Under the pieces are notes generated by a model that was given only the letters and a program-made list of their open reading frames with translations, did not search any database and was not told where the DNA came from. Shown here in pieces: positions 27,301 through 39,300 of a stretch of DNA of 64,000 nucleotides. How positions within the stretch are numbered: the first letter of the stretch is position 1; each line of letters begins with the position of its first letter. This DNA comes from Yuukianura sp. NJ FZ-2021 (lineage: Eukaryota), in contig CM102289.1 of NCBI GenBank assembly GCA_046563655.1, forward strand, positions 8,866,001 through 8,930,000. The letters are read 5' to 3'. A program made the translations under genes and the position numbers.

Positions 27301-30300
27301 TGCACAAAACAAGGCTGGGTGTACTTCAAAACCGGAAGTTAAAAGCAATTTGGAAGACCGGAAGAACCGTTTTCACAAAACTCTTGTTTTAAACAGTCTC
27401 ACTTTCATTCATTGTTCACCGTTATTCTAAAGTTTCATGCTGAAACTGTGTTTCTGAAGCCCTTACAATGTAACACTAAACTTAAGTTCAAATTCAAAAG
27501 ATAACCATTTGCCATTGTAATGACTTCCCGCCAAAAGTAACCACCGTAACAACTATAGCGTGGTTACCATAATGCGAACTTTTAGTACTCCTTTTAGCAA
27601 GTCGTGAGCGTGACAATTCCGAAAACATTGCTTTTTAAATGGTGCATGTAAAAGTTGTTAAACGAGGTTGAAATTTTTTGAATCTAAAAAATTCTTCAAA
27701 AAATTTGCAAAAGTGGGATGCGTTCGTCCTGTGTGCTTGTTAAAACCAGTGGTAGAAGAAATGTCGTAGTTGGAATGCCGACAAAAATGTCGAATCTGGA
27801 ATGTCGCAAAAAGATGCTTAAGGCTACTTTTGACTTTAAGAAGCTATTAGTCGTTAGTTACTTTTCAACCAGTGTCTCTCAACAGTTTTTCATTGCCCAA
27901 TTTCCAAATTAACTTCCATTCCTAAGGTGTAAACGTTTCATCGATTTTCCATTTAGAGAGACTTAATTTGAAGAATTTAAATAAAGTGGACCCAGGCGTG
28001 TTCTAGAATTTTAAAATAAAAGGAAGGAGAAAGTTTGAGTCATCCACAGCAATAGTTACTCCCTCCAGCGCTGAGTTTCTATCTTTAGCTTTTCGGTTTT
28101 AACTGGATTTAGTCCAATTGTCAAATGTGTGTGATGAAGTATAAGTTCAACTTTCTTCATCATCTGAACCAAAAGTATCAGTGGGCTAACACTTTCTCTT
28201 ACTTTTTTTTCTAGAACGTCTAAAGAGACATCACGAGAACCAAGAATAACCTAACAAATGTGTGTCTCTGTAGTTGATAAGTTAGAAACTAACCTAACTT
28301 TGGACCAGCTCGAAGTACGATCTGAAACGACACAATCTAAAATTTTTTCTCTGTAGCATGAACATTTTTTTTCTGAGCCTTCCCATCTTCTTACTTTCTC
28401 TTGCCACTTCCTTTTGTTGTCAAGAGACATGACTTTCTAAGCGAAAAAGTTTTAACGTTACAACTAGAGACGACACTCTGCTTCTGACTTTTTCAAAAAA
28501 AAAGCAGTGCTCTTGAGTTCTGAAAAAAAAAACGGTTTCTAGAGACTGTCAATTTAGAGAAAAAAGGGCTTTTTAGAAAACTAAATCTCCAAAAACTCCC
28601 GGGCGAAAATTTGAAACAAGGCAAAAAAAGATTGTCTGCTCGTTATTAATTCTTCACTTTGGCGCTAGTTTTCCGCTCTGGTGATAATCGTATTCTGAAA
28701 GAGCGTTGACTTGTATCTTAATTTGAAAATTTTCGACAAACCACAGCAGAAGGTCGGAGTTCAAATTTGCAGTGAAGCTGTTAATGCATCTACCGTGTTG
28801 CTTCCAAGTTTTAACATTTTGGAATTTTGAGAGTTTAGAAGTGGAGCAGAGAGAAACCACAAATGGTTTTAAATTCTGTGTTGAGAATAAAGCTGGAAGT
28901 TGAAAGATTTATGAAAGATTCCGTGACCTGTCAGGACACGTTTTACAATTAAATTAGTCGTAAATCAAATGTCAGTATTGTTTGAGTAACAATTTCATTA
29001 GGGAGGAAGATATTACAGTGATAGTGTAGTGAAAGTTACCTTAACCTAACCTTAGCCTAATCTTAGGCTAACCTAACTTTTAGTAGCTTCTGGTTCCATT
29101 ACGAGGTTAGATTTATAGTCTCTTGACAAGTGGAGAAAGGTGGGAGACTCGAAAAAGGAACTTTTTAGCCTTTGATCCTGAGGTGAAATGGAGGGTGAAA
29201 GCAGTACAAAACGAACATTTTTATCTACGACAGCGCACATTTTTTCCAATTTTGGTTTTTTTTTAAGTTAGAAAAATTATTTTTTGAAAATTTTATAGTT
29301 TCAGTCAAAAATTTTTATGAAAAAAATGTAGCACTTTTAGTTTTTAGCTAGGGCTAGGACTAATTTTCATTTTAGTTAGATTGCATATAAGCCTAAAGGA
29401 ATTGAAATTTTCATTTTTTTATTTTTGAGACAAATGTCAGCTTTGCAACGTCGACTTAACAAAATTTTTTTCATCAAGTCGGCTTTTCTTATTGTCTTGT
29501 CAGTGAATTCGGAAGCAGGCCATAATCTAAGCAACAAAAATCTAAGCACGCCAAAATCTCAGCAAGCCATAATCTAAGCATGATCTTACAGTTGATTTGG
29601 ATTAGGTTTTAATGGTTAGGTTGGTTAGGTTAGGCTCTAATTAACGTTAGGTTAGGTTTGGTTAGCATAATTTCATTGCTAACTTCGTAATTAAGCATGC
29701 TTAGATTTTTGGTTGCTTAGATTTTGGCTTGCTTAGATTTTTGTTGCTTAGATTATGGCATGGACTCGTGAATTCTTGTGACTTTTTTAATTTAAATTTT
29801 GAGTCGAAAATTTTATTTTTTACTTTTGAGACTTTTGTATGCTCAGCTCTTCTTAGCGCTTAAAAACCTTAGTTTTCCGCATTTCTATACGCCAGGTTGC
29901 TCATTCTTTGTGATCTATAGGAGGCATAAATTTTACTTTTGAAATCTCCTCAGGCATCAAATCTCTTAGAATTTCATGCTTAGTTAAAAAGGAAACGAGC
30001 GGTGCTAAAAAGGCTTAAAAATGAATCACTTTGGATCCAGAACAATTAGAATTGATTTTCATAATGATTTTTACTGCACCATGCCTTGGAAATTAAGACA
30101 TTTGAAGAATTTCTACCAAAAAACGTCTTTTGATTTATAATTTTCAAAATTCATTGAAACTCTGTCACCAAGCTGATAGATTCTTTCATTACTGCGGAAA
30201 ATTATGCTAATTCATAACACTTAAATTGCAAGCATCCCATAACCTGTTCATCGATTTTTATAGTTAGGATAAAAAAAATCAATCAATGTCGAATTTTGTC

Positions 30301-33300
30301 CTTTTCACCTCAATTTTTTTTGAAAAGCTATTCTGAACGGATATCCATCATCCTTTGGACGAATTTTAACGTTAGCGTAGGTTAGGCTTCTTTTTGTGTT
30401 CAAAATTCCCGGGTGAAAGTTCAAGTTTCTTGGAATGGAAAAAGGATTTTCTTGGAATTTGCATTCGGGGCTTTGGTTACAGAGAAAGAAAGTGAAAGTG
30501 TTGGTGGATCGCTGGAGCTGGAAGTGTTGGTGGATCGCTGGAGCTGGAAGTGTTGGTGGATCGCTGGAGCTGGAAGTGTTGGTGGATTGGTGGAGCAAAG
30601 TGGCTGGAGTGGGTGTTATCTCCAGGGTGGGACTCGTGGGTGGCTGGAGGGTGAGGACTGGGTGCTATCGGATGGCCATAAGAAGCTTACACTTTCACTT
30701 TTTATCTTTTTGAGCGAAAAGCTCCACTTCTCTCTCAAATTCACACTTTCCCGATCTTATTTGAATAATTCCATAACCGAAATGGAGAGAGTACAAAAGA
30801 TCATGATGGAAATTGTTAACTGGAAATGTGCTATCATATTCCCATGAGCCCTTAACCAAAATATTAGCTCTCCATCTTGTGTCGTTTGCTGCGGAAATAT
30901 TATTAGAAGTGCTTGGATTGTATAAACTGCAGTATAAATAGAAATATAAATCTAAACGCTGAAAACACGTAAAGTAGGATTTGATTTTCAAAATGGCTGG
31001 AAAATAGAGAAAGTATGGTTTGAAGCATAAATTGAAGAAAACCAAGTTTCAATCGTGTTAAAGTTTAGAAAAAAAATCAGACACAAGCCTAACTGGATTT
31101 TTTCTTCCGTTCTTTTTCAAAATGTGTAAATTGGACTAAAAAATATTTTTTTTTTCAAATCGTCAAATTAAATGTGGTTTAGTTTTGTTGAGTTGAAAAA
31201 TTCAAATTTCGATGAAAAATTTTTATACTCGAATGAACCACCCAAATTCTAATTTATCATATACGTTTCATAATTGGAGTTTTTCAACCGTATTGATCAT
31301 TGGAACAGTTTTGCCCGCCATTAAAATTAAAAATCAACAAAAGTTTGAAAGCTAAAATTTTTTTCCTGTTTAGAAGTTTGCGAAAATGTCTCATTTTGTT
31401 TCATGTTCTTGTCAACTGCAACTCGTTAAAAGTTTTTGATTAGATGCTTTTCTAGACTGCAAAGATCCAACAAATTTGTAATTGATTCCTGTGATCATGT
31501 TACCCGATTTCATCATTAAAAGAACTCACAACTACAAAATAACTTTGAAAAGACAGACATCTTGAAATTTAGTTTACTCCCGTAAAAAAAAATTCTTAGA
31601 ACATTCGAAACCTTATAGCTCGTTTCCTTTAGACCTTTCTTTTCATGATTAAAAACGACAAAAGTAAACGAAACTGAGATTTTTTTTTGCTTTTGGACTC
31701 ATACTTAAAGCTCGTTTTTTTTTACTTTCTTCCAGATTTTGTGAACTTTCTCTTGCTCCCATCTCTGACTTTCCCTTCGGGGTGATTCCATTTCTCCCCG
31801 TTAGCCACGATATTGATTCCTTTACACTCGATTCGCGCGGATCGGGTAGGTTAGGCGCCTAACCTTAACTTGAACCTAGCCATGGCTCTGTCTCTCAAGA
31901 TTCCTAACCCTATCTATTTCATTTCAGTAACAGAATCAGACTGGGAGTGTCCGGCTTCACTTAACAAAAAAATCTCCGAATGACCTTCCATTCCTGGTCC
32001 ATGTCTAGCCATATCATCTTCCCGCCAAAAAGATTTCATTACATCACACAATCAAAAGACAGAGCGATCATCATCTACTCTTCACATAAAAAAATTACAT
32101 AGCAACAGTCGACAGATTAACTTCTCCTTCATAAGAAATTTTTCCATGCGAACTTTCAAAATTTTTTAAAGCTTTCAAATTTTGAGTACCAACAATTATA
32201 TTTTCGAAAGCAACATTTTTTTTCTCCAGAGAGTTCCGGTTTCAAATTAACCTGAAAATCTTCCATACCAAGTTCATTTCCATTATTATGCTTTTCAAAA
32301 TCTAACTTAAAAATGTTAAAATTTAAGTCCAAAACATAACAAGATTCAATTTTGTACAACAAAGGATAAAAGCATAGCATAACAAAACATTACATAATGC
32401 AATAGCATAATCGAATATAGCTTCAAAGAATGGCAGAACTTGAAGAGAATATGTAATGGACAATAATGAGATCCTCAGAGAGAAAGTCTGGCGGGAATTT
32501 TGAAATTCCCGCTTGCTTTCTCCACTTTAAACAAAAAGTTTCCTTTTGCTCAGTCTTACATTAGGTTTAGCCTTTGCTTTATTTTACGTTAGGTTTAGTG
32601 AACTGAAGATAGAAAGTGGTGGTGGTTTGGGGTTAACAGGAGGAGAGAAAGTGATTTCCCCTTGAAAAGGAAATGGACCGAGCATAACACAACGTCCGTC
32701 CCTTCAATCTCCAATCTCAACCCATCTTGAAGCAATAGACTTTGTATTTCACAAAATACTTACAAAATGCCACCACGCCGGGTGGAATTGAACCAACGAC
32801 TACCATTTTCAAACTCGGTTTTGGAACCAGAAGGCTCTCCTTTTTTGCCTAATGCTTCCCCTAGCTCTTTTTTATTAAAGCTTAGAGAATAAGTGCCCTT
32901 GGGAGAAAGCACGAACTTGCTTTCTCTTTTTTTGAGTGGAGAAATCTATCTGATTGAATGACTCAATTGGATTGAAGAGGGGTAGTAAGCTGTCAAGTGA
33001 CTTCCTTTATACTATTCAGGTGGACAGGAGTGGAGGAGCTCTTCTAAATGTCACTGGGACATGTCTCTGTCATCAATGCATAATGGATGGACGTCAAATT
33101 GACAAGAGTCCAATCAGATCCATAAACAACTCTCTCCAAACCACCAATTTTGGTCAGCCACTAACGGCTTGGACGAGGTCAGACACTGGCCAGTGGCCAA
33201 AATCGGTCTAGACATGACTTCTTTGCTTCTTCAAATATAATATCTCCATTTTTCATCAATTTTCTCATTTTTCTTTTTTAAGGCGATTGAAATCACCAGG

Positions 33301-36300
33301 AATGTCAAAAATATTTAGTCTTCATGCCCGTAATGTTAATGAAAAAATATTTTCAGTTTTTTTGTTACTAAATATTTATGTATTTGCCCATTCTCTTAAT
33401 GTTAACTAACTAAATTATTTGGGAGAGTTTTTAAAACAAATTATTTTTTGTTCGTATTTTGGATGCTTTTGACACATATTTTTGACAACCATGGTTATCG
33501 CCTAACTAAAATCTAAAAAAAAACTTTCACAGTTCACTTTCTACCAACAACAATCTTGTGAATTTTGGCATTCTAAATTTCTGAAATTTTCAAAAATAAT
33601 TGTTGTTTTTTTTTTGAAAACTTTGTTGCATTTTGGCAAAACAGAGTTTGTTTGGACATAAATGGGGTATAAAGTTTCCATTTTTTGAATCTTCTGAGTT
33701 TTTTGGAATTGGGAGCTTAGTTTTAATTTGAGTGAAGAGGTTTTAAAAGCCCGACTATATTGGATTTCTAATTTTCAAAATCGGGTGAAGATTTATGAGA
33801 ATTTAGGTGAAGTGGAAGTATTTTATGAGTATTTTCGAGACTCATTCCCACACTGCCTTTGTGGAAGAACATTTTGAGGAGTGCTCATCTGGAGAAAGTC
33901 CTTCATCGTTTTAATCTCCCGCTTTCCATTTTCTGCCTACCTTGCACAAAAACACATGGAGAATGGATCCACTTGCAACTTAGAAAAGAGAATGGGAGGG
34001 AAAATTCAAAAACTTTCAAAAAGTGGTGTGGGAATGTGGATAGACGATCAAGATCAAAACTTTTGTAGCTCTTATATGAAAACCACTTCGTTTCGGTCTC
34101 CACGAGTGGATTTCGTGTCCTTTGCTTTACGTTTTCATTTCCATGGATTCGGGTTTTCAAAATTTCCATTTTGAGTAAAAGAGCCAAGGGCCCTACCTAT
34201 GTTATTTAGTCTATTTCAAAAAAAAAACTCATTTTGAAACAACTTCAATAAATCGACATGAAACGATTATTTGTCTAAAGCCATCCGTCACAAAGACAAA
34301 ACCAAAACTTTCAAACGGAAATGTAATGTCAAGCGTGTACCAAGAATTTCCCTACTTCGAACAAAGACAACTTTTCAAAAACCGCAACATAAAAAACTTG
34401 CATAACCGGATCTTTTTTGAAATCATTTCATTTTTAGAAACACAATATAAATTTTTTGAAAAAACGGCTCCGAAACGTTAGATTTTTGAACGACACGGCT
34501 CCAGTTACAAAATTTCCTGTGAATATTTTAACCAGCGAATAAAATTATCACTATTCACAAGTTTTCACTTTCCTGAAAATTTAGTGATTCAGAACGTGGA
34601 CCAGAAAAGTGAAACAAAACAATCTTTATAATAAAAAAAAATTGTAGCAAGTTAGCAATTCCGGTGACAGTATACAACAATTTGGCGGGAAAGTATGAAG
34701 GTTTAAGTAGAACAAAATGCTCAACAAGTGAAAGTAACGAGAAAATGAGGTAAATTCGACACCGGGAGGGCGTATCGTTGTAATGTTTGTTGTTAATAGC
34801 CATTAGCCACACCGTTGCTCCGAGTCTACAAAGTCTTTAGTCTTTATAGTCTTGTAGTCTTGGCACGTTGCAAATGCTACTTCAGCAGGATAGTTCAGAA
34901 CATCAAGTATTGAACGCCTGCCAAATTTAACTTATGTCTTGACGTCTAAATTCGTTCTTCCTTCCGTTGTACTAACGCATTTGTTTTACAGAAACGAAAA
35001 CAGCAACGCCTAACATTACTGAAATTTACATAATCCAACAAAACCTAACATGTTTACTACAGAAACAGAAACTACAGAAAAATTTTCACTAAAAAAGAGA
35101 AACTTGTTTTGAAAAATACTCACGCTGAAGCCCATCGCTGCAAAATTTTCCGTTTGGCTGGCGCTGCAATTCTAGCTGTGATTGGGTTTGGCAGAGGATG
35201 AGCCTCCATTGTACCCAGTGTTCCACAAGTCAGAATAAAAATTTGCGGGAAAAAACCTAATCACACAAAAACGACTAAAACTGATGAGGGTGAGTTGTTT
35301 CCAAATGCAGTAATGATTTTGGTAGACGATTTGAAGCGTGTCGAGATTTTCACTTCCACTTTCACCTCCACCACTCCTTTCTACCTTCATTCTCAACCAA
35401 ATTCAAGTTGGGGAGTCAAGCATAAATGACTTCTAGAGGTCTCCAGAACCACTCCAGTCGGCATCCCTCCTTCAACTAAGTTTTTAAAGCAGAACAGCCC
35501 TGCCAGTCACTAAAACTAACCACAATTGATTGGATAGAAAGCGGTTTGAACCACAGAGAGAGAGCTGGAGCCCTTGGTTTTAGCTGGACTTTTCCTGGAA
35601 CATGGCTTTTGTCCTGGACTGGACTTTGGAGCAACTGGAAACTTTGTGGAGAAAAGAAGGAATGACTTCTGCTTTCTCCTGTCTTCTCCACGCCAACGTC
35701 CTTCCAGGAACAAAAGCTGGAGAGTGTTAGGAGCCCTTCACAGACAGACACACACACTTCCAGAACTCTTCCACAAGAAACAGGAAAGGTTCCAGAGTTC
35801 CAGCGTTCCAGGTAACTTCCTCTGCTTAGTTGCAGAAAACGGGAGAAAGCAGTTTTTGGTTTCCAAAATTTGTCGGGCTAAAACTGAGCCAGCCAAGGAC
35901 CTCTAACGACTTTCACTTTCAACTTTCTCTTTTCATTTGGGCGGAAGTTTCAAAAGTAAAATGGTAGAGGGAGCTCGGAATTTCAAAAAAGTTGGTTTCA
36001 CTTTAAGAAAAAGTGGTTTCACCGTAAGAGAAAGTTGCTTTCACCATAAAAGCAGAAAGCAGAAAGAGATGGAGAAATGACCAAGTGGATTAAGACGGAA
36101 AGCCGAGAGAGAGTAGGATGACAGGCTTAAAATGGACATAATTACTGTAGCAGAGAAAAAACGGCGTACGGTTTCTATTGATTTCAGATCAAATCAATCA
36201 CTTCCCAAATGATCACACTACGTCATGAGACAGCCCAATTTATTTTCTAACCTTTCACAAAAACCAAAAGTTGGGGTATAAAAATAACTTTAACATTTCA

Positions 36301-39300
36301 CACACAGAAAAAATTCAGCAGTCGTAGGCAATTTTATTGACTAAACAAATGCGAATCCAGAACTTAAAATAGACCGACAAAAAAAAAGAAAACAGTTTGC
36401 TTTTGTTTTTGTTTTCGTCAAATATGTTTCTTTAAAAGTTTTTCTTTTAACAAAAGAAAAATCAATGAATGAAAGATTAATAAGGTGAAAGTCATTTCCA
36501 AACAATTTTGAAAGAAAAACATTTTTAACTCAAAAAGTGAAAGAAATTTCTCAATTTTTTCGCGGAGTGATTTTCTTTTTATTTTCTTTTTTTGCAGTCA
36601 GAAATGCTCGAATAAGAAAATCCAGTGTAATAAAAATTGTTTTAATTACTCACTTCCAAAAACCAAATTATTTTTGTGTAATTGAGTAAAAAAGTAGAGA
36701 AATTTTCACAAAAAGTTTATGTTATGTTAGTTCATTTCAGTTTCAGTAAAGCCAGGCTAGTTTTACTGTAAAACAGAGCCAACTGAAGAGAGAGTGAGAC
36801 AGTGAGTATGTGGTTAGCAGTGAAAGTCATGAGCCTAATTAAACTAGAAATCACAAGTCCGCTTCTGTTCCCTTTTAGTTTTTATATCAAATTGGAGGCG
36901 ACTGTTGTTAAAGGGGAGGGGGCCCTTGGTGTTATTGAGTTAAGATGAAACTTAAGCCGTAATTATGTCATGAGAGTCAATGGGCCATAAGGAACCTCCC
37001 TCTGCCCATAATTTGATTCTGCTGATGGGTTGTCATTCGCCGTTCACTTTCACTTCCACTTCCAGATCAATATAAAGAGAAAGTCCATTAGGCCCTCCGG
37101 ATACTTATCCAAGGCACACGCTTCCTTCTCAACCACACAAAACAATCACACCACCTCCACTTTTTTCCAACCATCAAGCATAAGCTACAAAGCTCAATTC
37201 AAAAATCATAGACTTACTTTACCAAAAAAATGGCTCAATTTCATTTTTTTTGGTTTGTTTAATTTTCCAGCCAATTTGCATTGTGAACAAAAAGAAAATT
37301 TTACCTTTTAGAATTCTGAAGAATTTTTAAGAAACAGTCGCCAAAAAGAAAGAAAAATTTATGACTTTTTTTTTGTGCCTTGTGCGAACAAATCATAGAA
37401 TAAAAGTGACCAAAATCGGGTCAATTTTTGTAAAAAGTGAAGAATTGTGTTAAAGTGAAAGTTCCACTTCCCGCCCAAATTCGATTTTCGTCTTTTACGA
37501 ATCCGACTTTCCTCTTGAGAAATGGACAAAAATCGAAGACAAAAATTTTATTCCCAGGAGCAGGAAAGACAAAAAGTTTTTTTTTTGTCTTTGGAGGATG
37601 ATCTTTCGACTCTATTGAACTTTTTGCTGTCTTTGATGTCATGATTAGATTTTTCCTGTTCTTTTCTCAGAGGGCGCTGGGTGGACTGATTGGTTTATTC
37701 CTTGAGGAAGTGGCTCTGGGCACTTTCCAAAACCGCAATTGAACATGATCACTTTTATATCAAACACATTTTATCTCAAAACTTATCTAAAGATAATTTA
37801 TCGATAGCAAGAACTTCTAAAAAAATACAAGTTTTGGGGAATTTTTTTCAGGAAAGGCTTAGCTTTTACTCCAACTTTGTTCAAGAATTGCAAAAGTTTA
37901 AGAATTAAGAACTACAGACAAATTCGGGATTTAGAATTTGCAGGATCGATTTACTCCAGAACTTAAAAAAACTTTTAGAAATCTCTTTGAAGTCAAATCC
38001 AATAAGAAGGAGAAAGTAAAAGTTAAATTGTGAAAAAAAAAGTTCAAATGTTTTAGAAAAGTGAAAAAGGCTTTACGAAGTATTGACTTTTTAAAAAAAG
38101 AAACGGAGAAACCTGGTTGTGAGGCTACCGTTCCCACTTCAAAGTTTAAATTTTGTTTGTAAATCAAAGTTTGTTTAAGGAACTCAAATTCTCGATTGGA
38201 TTCTCTCGAAGTCTTCAAAACACAAGTCCCATGTGATTCTCAAATTTTGAAAATTTCCGCTTCCTTTTTCGAAATTCAGTTTAACATCCATTGTCTTTCG
38301 TCCTTTGTGCGGAATTGGATTCTCAATTATCTTGTTCTCTCATGCAAAGTCCAATTTCCAAAATAATTGTTCCCCAAACTCACATTTAAATTGGAAACGG
38401 AGCTTTTGAGTGTTGAAAACAGCATAATCAGTTAAGTTTGTCACCTCTTCACAGCCTATGTTGAACTAAGTTTATGCTCAAGTTAGGTTATGTTAACTTT
38501 CACCTTACTATTGTGTAGGAGAATGAAGGCGGAAGAGGAATTTGATATGTTTTTCCGTGCTGCTGAGTTGAGCTCAGTAGCCGGAAATGGCGGGAAGGAC
38601 TTTGTGTTCAAATGTATTTGAACAATGGATATCAAGATATTCAGATCAAAGGACTCCGTTTGTGTTTTCCTTTGATCTAATCCCATTTCTAGAAGAGAAA
38701 GTCACAACTTTCATCTAACATTTCCCGCTTCCAGGTAATGCTTTACTGTACTGTTCTTACAATGCAAAAGTGAAAGTCAAAGCTTTAAATTCAAACCACA
38801 AAGTTAGAAAAAGCGACCACAACTTTATGAAATAGCAAAACTAAACGACGTGTGACCTTTGGCCTCACCATAATCGTTTTTCTCTTTTTTCACTTATTCC
38901 ATAATCACCAAAATGAAAAAAAAAGTCATTACTTTAAAAAAAAATTTCAAATTACTTTTCCGCTACCGTAGGCTCACTTAGACGGCTGGAAAATATTTTA
39001 GTGCAAATTATGTTATGAATTTTTTTAAAGTTGAGTTCCAAAAAATGTGGATGGGAAGCATGTCGAGAGTTTAAAAATTCGAAATGATGTTTTTCTGCAT
39101 TTCAACTCCACGTGGATGTGCAAAAACTGAAGTTTTTTAAAAGATGGGCTACTTTATTTTGTCCACTTTCAAAATCCTCTGCCGGTAGAATGATCTTCTG
39201 TCTAGAAGTTGGTTTTGGTCAGTTTGGAGTTAAATCCTATCAATCTTTTGAGCATGACATGTACAAAGTAAAAGTTCAACAACTTGACCAACCCGCACTT

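Noticed and set aside
30305..30847. ORFs spanning the 26-bp repeat; CRISPR-like appearance
   Set aside because: Contiguous tandem copies with no spacers in a eukaryotic intron; the ORFs are by-products of the repeat.
35124..35137. 14-nt microexon (ttttgcag|CGATGGGCTTCAGC|gtgagt)
   Set aside because: It would frameshift HCN; better explained as the 3' end of the ATG-initiated exon 35209-35124.
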